DNA of 64,000 bases from a bacterium. Its GTDB lineage: Bacteria; Electryoneota; JAOADG01. The notes under the pieces were generated by a model that saw nothing but the letters and a program-made list of their open reading frames with translations, ran no database searches and was not told the DNA's origin. The position numbers and the translations under genes were made by a program. Of this stretch, positions 31,101 to 40,510 are shown piece after piece (within the stretch, counting starts at the first letter, position 1; the number at the start of each line of letters is the position of its first letter). Location: positions 2,880,001 to 2,944,000 of the forward strand of contig OY820579.1 in NCBI GenBank assembly GCA_963681965.1, given 5' to 3'.

Positions 31101-33535
31101 GAAGCAGTACCCAATTTATAAATCAAATAAGAAACTTCGGAAACCGGCATTGGCGGTGCCCACATTAAACCGCGCGTACCGTTTCGATCCTGACTTCCAG
31201 CAGAATAGATGACTGGTGTGCCAGTTCGTGTTCCGTAGTTCACTCTAACTGCGCCATCCTGATACAAGACGACTTGAGCATTAATCAAGTTAGTAGTGTT
31301 GTATGCAATGTTCGTATACGTAATAACCAATCGAGTTGGATTAGTCAAGGCTTCATAGGTAACCGTTGCATTGGTAATATCCATATACTGGTTCCAGAAG
31401 TAAATACCTGCTGGGAACCCCGCATACGCGATCGGCATCGTCGTATTGTAATAATACCCTTGATTCTGTGCACCGAATTGAACACGACCTTCCGTTCCGC
31501 AATAGAACGTAGTAAAAGTAGTGTCATACCATGGGAAGCTAAACCCAATCTGGAACGGTCCAGCAGCACCGTAATAATTATTCGTCCAACCGGTAACGGT
31601 GGTTGCGTTCGCAGAAGGTGCGATCCATTCGTAGGTTATCGGGCTGATAGCCGCATTCGATGTGATAAACCGGTAGCCGTAACTGTCGGGACCGCCATGA
31701 TTCACATCGGCAGTTGTGATCGTTGCAGACGGACCAACCGGTGCAATAACATTCATTCCGTTGATAGCGTACACCGCAAAAGTATATGTCGCACCGGAAG
31801 TCAGACCGCTGATAGTAAAGTTATTCCAGCCAGCTCGAGACGTGGTTCGCATATTGGCGGCATCAAGCGTACCTGAAGGCGAAATCCACATATTCTGCGT
31901 GACTTCTTTCACTCGATAAAGTGTGTTCGGACCATTCAGATCGGCATTAACAGTCACATTGACTGTGTAGAAGCCTTGACCTGAAAGCGATAGCCCTGGA
32001 GCATTCGACGCGACTGGATTTGTCCAACCCGATACCGGGCTGTAGTTAACCGATCGCGCAGCCGCATTCTCGGCGTATACCCGGAATAAATATTGAACGC
32101 TGGGTGAAAGACCGGTGAAAGTGTGCGTTGTCGTATTTGCAGCAGCAGTAGTAGCTAATACATAGCCGGTATCGCCTGCGGCTTTCATATAAATCGGGAA
32201 ACCTGTTTCATTATTTGAATTGTCAACCCAGTTGATGGTTAGGGCACTCGATGTCGGAGCTGGATTTGTTGAGATTGCTGCATTCGACGGCGGTGTCGGT
32301 GCGGAACCGGTACCGGTAGTAAAGCTCCAAACCGGACTGGAAGTTGACTGCGACGAATCGGCATTAAATGCGACCACTTGCCAGTAATAGGTCGTGCTAG
32401 CCGATAATGTCGGGGTATAAGAAGTAGTTGTTAAATGTGTACCGAGTTGCGCAACGGGCGGATTTTCGGTATCGAAGAATAAATTGTAAAAATCGGCTTG
32501 CGCAGCGGGATCCCAACCGAGCGAGGAATTGGTGGGGACGCCTGTTGAAGCATTCGCCGGTGTCGGATTCGCAACCGTACCGAGCCGATAAATCAAAATA
32601 GCACGATTGGCAGTAAGTAAACTGTTTGGATTCGCATTGTAAGTCATCTGTAATCCAACAGTTCCAGTAGTATTTTGACAACCGACAGTGCATAGTGTCG
32701 ATGCAGCAGTCGGAGCCAGCGAGTACTGCATTTTAATTGTACCATTTGGGTAGAGAATTACCTGAAAACGAATGATTTCAGTTCCGCTCAACTGAGTTGT
32801 ATTAATCCAGCTGCAAATAAACGCTGTATCGGATGACAAATATTGGATTGCGTTTGTAGATGCAGAGAGATCATCCCACCAAGCAAAAATGGCACCTCGA
32901 GGTGCGCCGCCATACTGGTTAGTATCGGCAGTTGGAAGTGCCGTATTTGTATACCAACCTCCTGCAATCGATGAATATCGTGGAAGGAACGATAACCATC
33001 CATTGGTGCTGATATAACAGCTAGTGTAATTATTTCCGTAATATGGAAATGTAAATCCTAATGATACAGCGCCAGTAGTTTGATCATCACCACTCGGTCC
33101 TGCAGTACCAGTTATGGTAATCCAAGAATAAGTCGGACCGCCGGTTTCACGATCATCCATCCAGCGATAACCCATCGAGTCGGGACCACCGAATGCATCG
33201 GTAGCAGGTGTCGAAGGGATGAAAGAATTGGGATGACGAGCGTGCATGATCGCATCAAGGTAGGGTGACACAAACGCCTTGATATCTGGCGTCATCTGCC
33301 GCTCTCCCCGGTAGATCTGCTCTGCTAACTCGCGAGCGTACCGTTCCTGATCGGGGGTTAGGTTCGGATTCGTCGCAATTGGCACGACCGAGGCTCCCGG
33401 CAGGATGGGTTTGTTTCTGTTTTCCAACGCAGCAAATGCTTGAGTGGAGATTAGTGCAATGAGCACAAAGATCACCCACCAAACAGTTTGCCTCGACCTC
33501 AAATTATGCATGATTACCTCCGCAGTAACATTCAT
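25145..33535 (-). CDS. Giant secreted multidomain protein: four ~490-aa repeats with FN3-like domains and a T9SS-type/FlgD-like C-terminal domain (likely start 33511)
   Basis: Signal peptide; GGPD.xGYR repeat heads near 33183, 31688, 30215 and 28748; YYW.V.A and NETGF FN3-like motifs; C-terminal QNYPNPFNP.T.IRF...GVYFYR...KKM. Confidence 0.85.
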   Translation of the reverse strand: MNVTAEVIMHNLRSRQTVWWVIFVLIALISTQAFAALENRNKPILPGASVVPIATNPNLTPDQERYARELAEQIYRGERQMTPDIKAFVSPYLDAIMHARHPNSFIPSTPATDAFGGPDSMGYRWMDDRETGGPTYSWITITGTAGPSGDDQTTGAVSLGFTFPYYGNNYTSCYISTNGWLSFLPRYSSIAGGWYTNTALPTADTNQYGGAPRGAIFAWWDDLSASTNAIQYLSSDTAFICSWINTTQLSGTEIIRFQVILYPNGTIKMQYSLAPTAASTLCTVGCQNTTGTVGLQMTYNANPNSLLTANRAILIYRLGTVANPTPANASTGVPTNSSLGWDPAAQADFYNLFFDTENPPVAQLGTHLTTTSYTPTLSASTTYYWQVVAFNADSSQSTSSPVWSFTTGTGSAPTPPSNAAISTNPAPTSSALTINWVDNSNNETGFPIYMKAAGDTGYVLATTAAANTTTHTFTGLSPSVQYLFRVYAENAAARSVNYSPVSGWTNPVASNAPGLSLSGQGFYTVNVTVNADLNGPNTLYRVKEVTQNMWISPSGTLDAANMRTTSRAGWNNFTISGLTSGATYTFAVYAINGMNVIAPVGPSATITTADVNHGGPDSYGYRFITSNAAISPITYEWIAPSANATTVTGWTNNYYGAAGPFQIGFSFPWYDTTFTTFYCGTEGRVQFGAQNQGYYYNTTMPIAYAGFPAGIYFWNQYMDITNATVTYEALTNPTRLVITYTNIAYNTTNLINAQVVLYQDGAVRVNYGTRTGTPVIYSAGSQDRNGTRGLMWAPPMPVSEVSYLIYKLGTASDPLPANASTNVPTNTSLSWTSAIAAIYYDVYFDTENPPVALISEHQTGTTYTPTLSAATTYYWKVVAFGQDSVTTTTSPTWSFTTGTGTAPATPSNAAIATDPTPTTSSIAITWTDNSNNETGFPIYAKASTDTVFTLVATAPANSTARTITNLSPSVMYQFRVYSENTSARSVNYASVSGWTNPVSAISPTVIPSGLGFYTVGITVRADQNGPNTLYRVKELNSNQWVSTAGTLLDSMSARLFSRPSWSNYVVSGLTSGGTYRFAAMAFNGRGVSAPIGPSATVTTNDINHGGPDGYGYRYITSNAQTGGPTYSWIDPTGNATTVTGWTSTDDGQTGPFNFGFTFPWYDTTYTTFYIGTNGRIQFGRADPYNYSSGTFPFTGYPAGVYFWNYDMSVSQTTVKYEGLTNPTRMVITYTNFYTLGSQGPIACQVILYETGLVIVNYGTLAAACPIAGAAIQDRNGARFLQYAPPIPVQNTAYMFYRLGQPSNPIPADAATGVPTNTSLSWSPAIAATTYNVFYDTENPPMAQVVTHGTDTVYTPTLAANTTYYWRVVAFGNDTALFNPGPVWSFTTGSGAAPGTPSNGAIATNPAPSTTAMTLTWQDNSTNETGFPITRSTDGTTYTALVTASPNTTSYRDTTCSPGRQYWYRVYAQNGNVVTVNYATANSWTNPVPATVPSLSPSGQGFYTIQVNSIGIDNNGSSTRYKLRETTSNRWITAAGTLDMMGIFLGTRGGWANKVVSGLTSGVTYTFEAIAVNGLGVEAAAGPSASITTNDINHGGPDAFGYRYITSNAPGGPAYSWIDPTTNAVTVTGWTSTDDGQAGPFTAPFPIVWYDTSYTQYYIGTNGRIQFGSANAYNYTTTVFPFVSYPAGIYFWNYDMSVSQTTVRYEALTNPNRLVITYTNFYSLGSQGPLAIQVIIYDNGQAMVNYGTLSGNCPFSAAAIQDRNGSRFLQYGPPQPTANTAYLFYTLGQPYAPVPNTDEVNVPQNATLSWHAAAAATGYNVYLGTTNPPADIVSTDQPGTSFAPAQLAANTTYYWKIAARNAASVNNSPIWSFTTGTGVTPTAPDSAWVTNASIISLQLHWRRTATNETGFPIYVSTADTGFVLDSTVASTLSVYTDNELLPNTQYYYRVHSANGTLRSTTFALTNGWTLASIPASPTVTSVGITSATVVINNDAEFPNPALTEYAVMVDSMYVQANGALGTTPVWKKMASWGNVVLFGLTANNDYAVRTKARNGANVETALSSSTTFTTQAAFELPFAQNFSGTAFPPPDWTVVNSDNSITWIRSTSSVSAACMPFYNYYPGNAQIDQLWSPPINTEDIQIGHVTFDWYFYNVTTNTYADTIEVVYSIDGGLTYSPFWVRSGIGTGETNLRVSPGTGGGYNTSPAVIDNWGHAETWLPTNAIGHPSVRIGFIAHNYYGPHFYVTNLSIEGAAPVEARGHVFRRDNSPVANASVRVHNIWTAQTDSSGRWSLQVPSGTWDVRISKPCMYPVVAYDNYVFTDTDTARFEDSLFVPQISASPSSLEFAMHRNEDQSQTVIVQDVGDWELDITNYISYPFDDAIDRVNPSGRLIPESISATTTMMRRGSNTNRRVPMMQLGNNSGASINTVWPIDAGSYEARDNLDGGAAYRWETITTATGAIEIWPGATQAYNAVAQVPIGFSFPFYNQQFDSLYVSSSGYLMLRNYASFPTYLALPDNYYQIAPFKYYNAHVTTSRYMYQVLDNPTRLVFTFEDVRYNNYTYQTNAAYAKTYQIILYSDGLIKFQYRNLGTLAPTTTGQGACAGIDNEGTGGINIYSDSLFYNSMSNYAVEFQNRPFQNFAIVSPEEAQIGESQILELSVSIHLDSTAIDNTDLAANMIIGTNACTTITIPVVIHVLPDSVNVNEVATGIPTAYKLHQNYPNPFNPATEIRFDLKNPGLTRLTIYNALGQEVTTLVNSYLPAGYHSVRFQGDALATGVYFYRIESGKFTSIKKMVMVK

Positions 33536-34330
33536 CTAAAAATGCGACTGTTCATCGCATGGTGTTTTATTGAAGAAAACGAGACGAAGTTGATTGACTC
33601 TTGGCGAGCAGTACGGGAAGCAAATCTAGATGGTGAAAACATCTAACTTGCAGAATGTAGAGCAATCTTCGGGAAATGACAATCCATTTTCAATTAAAAC
33701 TCATTTTTTTGAGTTCAGTTTCTTATTTACGATTTATCTTATTGATATAGATATACTTCGGTGGCGTTGTGTCAAATCGGAAAGACAGCAGGATTTGCTT
33801 TTCTAGGCAATTTTCAATTGTAAATGACAATTACCGATTTTTCTTCGAGTTCGTTAATCTCGAAAGCACTAGTACGCATTGAATCAGGTCGATTTTTTAG
33901 GAAACATTAGTAAATCTTGATCCTCTGAGAGATTGTTTCCATTTCACCCGCTTTCTATCTATTGGTTAGGATATCGATTTTGACTTTGAAGTTCATACGA
34001 TGCTAAATTTTCATTGAAAGTAAATTCAATTTTAACTATTAGATAGCACTCCGATTGAGTTGAAATTGGCATCGATGATTTTGGAATATTCGAGTAAAAG
34101 AATTTCATATTTTCAGAGTTGTGATAGTAATCACTCATTTATTGTTATCTATATTACAATATATTATCTTATATCATGTTGTTTTAATTAGTTATTTTTA
34201 ATTTAAGCAAAAATAAATACTACTACTTGTGGAAGCTATTCTCTTTCCACCCGATATTATTAGAATTGGAAGAATACACCCTTGAATATTAAACAATTGA
34301 AGAAAGAAAACTCTATTACTGCTATTTACC

Positions 34331-34362
34331 AAAAAAAAAGGGGTAGACCAAAGGTCTACCCC
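34331..34362 (-). terminator. Intrinsic terminator
   Basis: GGGGTAGACC-N3-GGTCTACCCC plus T9 on the minus strand. Confidence 0.88.
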
Positions 34363-34380
34363 AATTGTACTTCCGACAGA

Positions 34381-37300
34381 TTATTTGATGAGTAATAGCG
34401 GTTGTTTCTTGATAATGTTGTTCACTTCCATTATGGCAAAGTAAGATCCACTTGATACTCGCTTTGCTTCCCATCTTGTAGTGTAATAACCCGGTCGGAA
34501 CGATTGTTCCAATAACGTCGCTATCGTTTGACCATTAGCATTGATAATCCGAATTCTGACATTTCCCTGGTGAGGTACACCGAATCGAATTGTGGTTGAA
34601 TTATTGAATGGGTTCGGATAACTAGGTAGCAATTGATACTCAGTGGGAATTCCCGACATTTCATTCAACACAACCCCATTTCCCTGAATGAGAGTAAAAT
34701 TCGTGTCAGAAATATCGATGTTCGACAGATCGGTTGATCGAATCCGGATTCGAGCATTCAGAGTACCCTCTGATGCAGTAGCTGTCCAGATTTCTGAACC
34801 GTCATTCGGTGTATTGCTGATGATTGTTTCCCACTGACCATTCGGATAGGAGCGGTTCAAATCGATACTCAATTGAGTAGCTGCAATTCCGTTGCCAGCC
34901 CACCGAATAGTGACATGATCGCCACCAGTGAAATACTCTCCACCATTCGGAGCAATAATTCGGAGATCGCGAATTGTAAAAGTCGAATCGGTCACATCCG
35001 TTAATCCACCTGTGATGGTAGTAATCCGCATTCTGGCGTTGTTCGTCATCGGTCCGGTGACCAGCCATGAATAACTACCGCTATTCGCTATGCTGTCAAC
35101 GATCGTACCCCACGTACCGGACGGGTAATTCCGGTTTAATTGAATTCGGATTAAACTGGCATTGCCGTGCGGTAACCAAGTGATATTGGTTCGACTACCC
35201 GCGGTAAGAGTATCGAGTATGTTCGGTGCAGTTAATACCGGAGTACCAATCGAAATCGAGAAATTGGCAGTACCGACCGCGGTATTCAAGTTGTTAGAAG
35301 AGCGAATTCGAATTCGTGCCGTTTGCGTTACCGGTCCTGTCACTAACCATTGGTATGCACCGTTATTGGTAGCATTTTGAGCAATCGATTCCCATGTTCC
35401 ACTGGGATAGGTTCGATTTAATTCAATGATTAATGGTTGAGTGGTCGAATTCACATTCCAAACGATCGACTCGGTATTACCGATAAACCAGTTTGCGCCT
35501 CCGATCGGTGCCGTAAGGCGAATATCGTTAATCAAGAAATTACCATCGGAAGTATCGATCAAACCGGAAACTAACGAAATCAATCGAATTCGCGCGGTAG
35601 TGGTATTGGGACCACTAATCTGCCAATTCCAACTTCCATTGTTTGGGATACTATCTGCTAAAGTGGTCCAGGAAGTGCTAGGATAACTTCGATTCAACTG
35701 AAGTCGAACATAACCGGGTAGTCCAGCAGTTGTCCAAGTAATCGCACGTGTGGTTCCAGCAACGACGACATCTGAAGAGTAGGGGAAGCCCAATGCCGGA
35801 TTAGTATAATGAATTGTAAAATTGCTATCCGAAACATCAAAACATCGGTTGTTAGCTGTACGGATGCGAATTCGCGCAGACTGAGTGGCAGTTCCACTCG
35901 TGGTCCAGTTATGCCATCCGGAATTCGTTACGTTGGTGAATAGACTCTCCCAAGTTCCCGTGGGATAATTTCGATTTAGCTCAATCGTTACCGGTAAAGT
36001 CGTAGTTGTAGAATCCCAGAAAATCTGGTGTATTGTTCCGGTAGCCCAATCTTCATGACCGTTCGGAACATAGACTACGATATCGCGGATGGAAAATTCA
36101 TACCCCGACATACTAACGACATTACCCGGAATAGTAACAATTCTTACGCGTCCCGAAACCGCACGTGGTCCATTGATCGACCAATTCCATCGTCCATTGT
36201 TTGGCAAACTATCAGCCAACCTCTCCCAAGTTCCGGTCGGATAACTTCGATTAAGTTCGATCCGGATTAAATCAGTGTTTCCGTTACTCACCCATGTGAC
36301 AACGGTATCTCGTCCTGCTGTAAGTAATTCCCCACCGACCGGGAAAGAGATCCGTGGAGTACCTGCAGTGATTGAAAAATTTGAATCAGAAATATCGAAA
36401 TTTCGCCCGTTTGCGGAACGAATCCGAATTCTAGAATTAGTGGATGCTGGTCCAACAACTGTCCACGACTCCCAGCCATCGTTTGTCGTATTCGTATATA
36501 GTTGTTCCCAAGATCCAGCGGGATAATTCCGATTTAGTTCAATCGTCATCGGAACATTGACAATAGTGGAATCCCAGAAAATCATCTGTTGTGTTCCGAT
36601 TACCCAATTCTCTCGTCCATTCGGTGCGTAGACTGAGAGATCACGAATTCGGAAATTATTATCCGATATACACGATAAGTGACTGGTGAGAGTTGACAAT
36701 CGAACTCGCGATTGAGGCGATAAGGGACCACTGATCTGCCAATTCCATCTTCCAGTATTTGTAACACTGTCAGCTAATAATTCCCATGTTCCACTGGGAT
36801 AATTGCGGTTGAGTTCCAATCGAACTAATTCCGAGTTGCCATTATTTACCCATGTAATAACCGAATCTTGACCAGCAGTAAGTAATTCATAACCAACTGG
36901 AAATGTTAGCCGAGGTACACCATTAACAATTGTGAAATTCGCTTCAGAAGTTGCGATGTTTCGACTATTTGAAGATCGAACACGAATTCTCGCGATCGAA
37001 GACGAAGGTCCGGTTACAGTCCAGAATCGCCAACCACTATTAACGGCATTCGTGATGATCGTTTCCCACGTACCATTCGGGTAATTTCGATTGATATCAA
37101 TCGTCATTGGAACATTCACAATAGATGAATCCCATGAGATCAATTGTTGTGAACCGATCGTCCAGTTTTCTCCGCCATTCGGGGTATATAATGCTACATC
37201 TCGAATGGTGAAATTGCTATAGGTTACGCCGGTATAGCCACTATCGGAAGTGGTAAGACGGAGTCTCGCACTAGTGGTTCTCGGTCCAGCAACATTCCAG

Positions 37301-39981
37301 CTCCAACTACCATTGTTCGCAGCGGCAGCGACTAATGTAGCCCAAGAACCGATTGGATAATTACGGTTGATTTGGATTCGCACAGTCCCAGTTGATCCAT
37401 TGGGATTCCAGGTAACTGTCTGAGTCGTACCTGCGGTAAACGATTCACCACCAGCCGGGAAAATAAAAGTGGGGTCAGTGGATATGACGGTAAAATTGGT
37501 GTCAGATTCATCCAAATTGTTCGAATTCCCGGTTCGAACGCGAATACGTGCAACAGAAGTTGTGGGTCCGGTTACAGTCCAAGCAATTGTTCCGGTATTG
37601 GCGATATTCGTAAACAGTGGTTCCCATGATCCGCTGGGATAACTTCGATTAATATCGATCGAGACTGAATCGGTACATCCGTTTGCATTCCAAGTAATCT
37701 GATGAGAGGATCCAGAATTCCAAGTAACGGCACTGTTTGGCGAGGTAATTGCCATGGTTCTGATAATGAAACTCGTGTCGGAGATATCGTTACTGGAACC
37801 GGGAGTATTGGTAACTCGAATACGCGCATTGGAAGTTGCAGGTCCATTTACAACCCACGACCACGATCCTGTATTGGGAATACTCGTAACCAGAGTCTGC
37901 CACACACCATTGGGATAATCGCGATTGATCGAGATTCGAGCATTGCCAGTACCACTGTTGGGATTCCAGGAAACTTCGTGAGTAGTATTTGCAATCCAAT
38001 TCTCGCCACCATTGGGAATCAAGACAGTAGGAACTGGATAGATGATCGACATATTTCCGCTAGAGTAGGCAATATTAGCGCTATTTTGCGATCGAACGCG
38101 AACGCGCGCTGTAGTCGATATCGGACCAGTAACAGTCCAAACTTCCCACCCGTCATTGACCGTGTTCGTTGCAATGGTATCCCAATTGCCCGAAGGATAA
38201 TCACGATTGATTTCAATTGTCATCAGTTGGGTATTGATTGTTGCATCCCAGGTTATTGCATGTGCCGAACCGATCGACCATACATCACCAGCGGCAGGGG
38301 CGTATAATACAACATCGCGAATGGTGAAGACCGCAGCCGATTGACCACCAACTGATATATCAGTCGCAACCACTTTTATTTTTGCTGTTGTCGACATCGG
38401 TCCAGTTACTAACCAATCGTATTGACCAGTCGCAACGGGAATATTGGTTGCGATTGTTTCCCAAGCGCCACCGCTAGCACGTTGAATCGCGATATTTACG
38501 TTACCGTTATAATTATCCGATGCCCATTCGATAGTCTGTTGAGTATTCGCGGTAAAAATCTCACCCCCGGTTGGATACACGACGACTATCGCAGATTGAC
38601 TGGAGTTTGTCGACAAAGTCGCAGTCATCGTATTTCCGGAATTGGAAATATTGGTGACCATCACCTGAGTATTCACACCGTGATAACTTGAAGTGTTCGG
38701 TGTCGACATCTGACTAAATGATCGATTATTGGTCGATCCCGGCCAGGGATCGCCACTGTTACCGCTACTTTGGTCACGTTCTAATTCATACAATCCATCG
38801 GCTTGTTCCAATGCCACGCGATAGTGTCCACTGTCACTGTAGGTTGGATACCATTCATGATCGTCTTGAGATGTGACAGTTGTGTCGATGTGATAGATCA
38901 ATAAACCAGAGCCGGGCAAAGTAGTATCGTATCCCATCAATTGACGATTCTCGATCAGATAGTACTCCGGATCGTTCACATCTTGCGATCTTAGCATAAA
39001 TGTTGTCGCAGTGTTCTCGATAGCGGGAATAGATAGATTATTTGACGTCCCATAAATTTCAGTCGGAATCACCAAACCGGCAACATACCGGCTGTAAGCA
39101 TCGAAGTATGCTGGCGAGTTTCCCAAATTACCATTCCAACTACCACCAGCCATTAACGACCAACGACCAAGACCCCGTGATGTGTAGTCGCGATCATACC
39201 AATCCGGTACTCCAAAAACTGCGTGTCCCATTTCGTGTGCATACACACCACAGGTCATATCGCTGCTGTATTCCCAAAATTCCGGTTCGATTGAATAGTT
39301 TCGGACACGAACGCCATCGACCAATCGCGGTGTAATGTTCCAAGCATGAGACCAGATATCGGTACTATCGCCGGAGCTTTCGGCTCCCGTACCGGAGTGG
39401 ACGATGAAGAGACCGTCAACGTAACCATTCCCATCGTGATCGTAGAGTGCAAAATTGATGCGTGCATTGATTGAATCGACGATATCTTCGACCAGTGCCT
39501 GCGAATTGTTCGGATAAGCTCCAGTTCCATGATCGGTTCCGACGTAATAGGAATAAGGCATCGGTGCGCGGATCCAACCAATCGAACTCGGTAGGTTTTG
39601 AGTTTGAATTCGCAAGTTCCCGTAAGTTGCTGAACGCCAATAATGGTGCAACGATCCACGAGTAGTATCGAACATCAGATGGTCGAAGTAGGATGCCGGT
39701 GTTTGATGAACCTGATCGCTGAAATCAACCAAAACGACGAGAATATTGAAATAGACTTCGTCAGTAGCACTGGTCATTCCGACTCGATTTGGGGCATCGA
39801 CTCCCCGTGCCATCCGCTCCCGAATTTGTTGAGGTGTTCCCAGAGGATTAGGTAATCCTGCTCGGATTCGTGCTTCCAGTGCCGGACTCGGTGGCATCGC
39901 CGAGACTGTGGCTACAACCAGAATCACGAGTGAAAGGAGAGTGATGAAACGTAGAATAAGTCGATGCATAGCTAGCTCCAC
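34381..39981 (-). CDS. M6 (immune inhibitor A-like) metalloprotease with 14 Ig-like repeats and a T9SS-type C-terminal domain (likely start 39969)
   Basis: HEMGH..GVPDWYD zinc motif, WSLMAGGSW and YYLIENRQ; repeated P.GGE.W..G....I.W units; YPNPFN C-terminal domain. Confidence 0.9.
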   Translation of the reverse strand: MELAMHRLILRFITLLSLVILVVATVSAMPPSPALEARIRAGLPNPLGTPQQIRERMARGVDAPNRVGMTSATDEVYFNILVVLVDFSDQVHQTPASYFDHLMFDTTRGSLHHYWRSATYGNLRIQTQNLPSSIGWIRAPMPYSYYVGTDHGTGAYPNNSQALVEDIVDSINARINFALYDHDGNGYVDGLFIVHSGTGAESSGDSTDIWSHAWNITPRLVDGVRVRNYSIEPEFWEYSSDMTCGVYAHEMGHAVFGVPDWYDRDYTSRGLGRWSLMAGGSWNGNLGNSPAYFDAYSRYVAGLVIPTEIYGTSNNLSIPAIENTATTFMLRSQDVNDPEYYLIENRQLMGYDTTLPGSGLLIYHIDTTVTSQDDHEWYPTYSDSGHYRVALEQADGLYELERDQSSGNSGDPWPGSTNNRSFSQMSTPNTSSYHGVNTQVMVTNISNSGNTMTATLSTNSSQSAIVVVYPTGGEIFTANTQQTIEWASDNYNGNVNIAIQRASGGAWETIATNIPVATGQYDWLVTGPMSTTAKIKVVATDISVGGQSAAVFTIRDVVLYAPAAGDVWSIGSAHAITWDATINTQLMTIEINRDYPSGNWDTIATNTVNDGWEVWTVTGPISTTARVRVRSQNSANIAYSSGNMSIIYPVPTVLIPNGGENWIANTTHEVSWNPNSGTGNARISINRDYPNGVWQTLVTSIPNTGSWSWVVNGPATSNARIRVTNTPGSSNDISDTSFIIRTMAITSPNSAVTWNSGSSHQITWNANGCTDSVSIDINRSYPSGSWEPLFTNIANTGTIAWTVTGPTTSVARIRVRTGNSNNLDESDTNFTVISTDPTFIFPAGGESFTAGTTQTVTWNPNGSTGTVRIQINRNYPIGSWATLVAAAANNGSWSWNVAGPRTTSARLRLTTSDSGYTGVTYSNFTIRDVALYTPNGGENWTIGSQQLISWDSSIVNVPMTIDINRNYPNGTWETIITNAVNSGWRFWTVTGPSSSIARIRVRSSNSRNIATSEANFTIVNGVPRLTFPVGYELLTAGQDSVITWVNNGNSELVRLELNRNYPSGTWELLADSVTNTGRWNWQISGPLSPQSRVRLSTLTSHLSCISDNNFRIRDLSVYAPNGRENWVIGTQQMIFWDSTIVNVPMTIELNRNYPAGSWEQLYTNTTNDGWESWTVVGPASTNSRIRIRSANGRNFDISDSNFSITAGTPRISFPVGGELLTAGRDTVVTWVSNGNTDLIRIELNRSYPTGTWERLADSLPNNGRWNWSINGPRAVSGRVRIVTIPGNVVSMSGYEFSIRDIVVYVPNGHEDWATGTIHQIFWDSTTTTLPVTIELNRNYPTGTWESLFTNVTNSGWHNWTTSGTATQSARIRIRTANNRCFDVSDSNFTIHYTNPALGFPYSSDVVVAGTTRAITWTTAGLPGYVRLQLNRSYPSTSWTTLADSIPNNGSWNWQISGPNTTTARIRLISLVSGLIDTSDGNFLINDIRLTAPIGGANWFIGNTESIVWNVNSTTQPLIIELNRTYPSGTWESIAQNATNNGAYQWLVTGPVTQTARIRIRSSNNLNTAVGTANFSISIGTPVLTAPNILDTLTAGSRTNITWLPHGNASLIRIQLNRNYPSGTWGTIVDSIANSGSYSWLVTGPMTNNARMRITTITGGLTDVTDSTFTIRDLRIIAPNGGEYFTGGDHVTIRWAGNGIAATQLSIDLNRSYPNGQWETIISNTPNDGSEIWTATASEGTLNARIRIRSTDLSNIDISDTNFTLIQGNGVVLNEMSGIPTEYQLLPSYPNPFNNSTTIRFGVPHQGNVRIRIINANGQTIATLLEQSFRPGYYTTRWEAKRVSSGSYFAIMEVNNIIKKQPLLLIK

Positions 39982-40248
39982 GAGCGTAAAATCAATGAGT
40001 TAATGCCTATTCCAAACCAAAGTACTCAATATAGATAAAAAGTGTCCGTTTTTTAAACAGATTCGTGCTGAAAACGTAATCGACCGGGTGATCGATGACA
40101 CTGATTGGAGGAAGAAAGAGGCGTGGGGGTTTAAGAGAATACGAAACCGGTTGAAAGTCTTTTTTCAATAAAAAGATGTAATAGTGACTTAAAACAATAT
40201 CTTTAATATTGTTATTTATGGAAATACAATGTGATATAAAGCATTATT

Positions 40249-40404
40249 TCACTTCCCCTGCAATCCTTTCCGAATCGTCTTCTTAAATGAACCGATCACC
40301 GATGCGTGGGTGTAGGGCTTGGTTTTATCAACTGGAGTAAATTTACCGGAACCGGTTTCATGACCTTTCGGGGTTTTTGCACCACCACTTTTCTTCGTAG
40401 CCAT
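40249..40404 (-). CDS. Small basic hypothetical protein (51 aa), not in the ORF track
   Basis: Hand translation MATKKSGGAKTPKGHETGSGKFTPVDKTKPYTHASVIGSFKKTIRKGLQGK; GAGG RBS 6 nt upstream. Confidence 0.6.
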   Translation of the reverse strand: MATKKSGGAKTPKGHETGSGKFTPVDKTKPYTHASVIGSFKKTIRKGLQGK

Positions 40405-40510
40405 TGTAATCCTCACTCTCTAAATCAAAAATTGTGTTATCGTAACCTATTGATATTTTTCTCTCGAAAATGAGTTGTCATGATTCTGTGTCTGGCTTTG
40501 ACTGACCTGC

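Noticed and set aside
33620-33652. GCAAA...GAAA hairpin as a c-di-GMP riboswitch for the giant protein
   Set aside because: It is on the wrong strand for that gene and lacks the GACGCAAA element.
25145-39981. Repeats as a CRISPR array or DGR template/variable repeats
   Set aside because: The repeats are in-frame, degenerate protein-domain duplications. There is no constant repeat-spacer pattern, no adenine-specific mismatch pair noticed, and no cas or RT gene.
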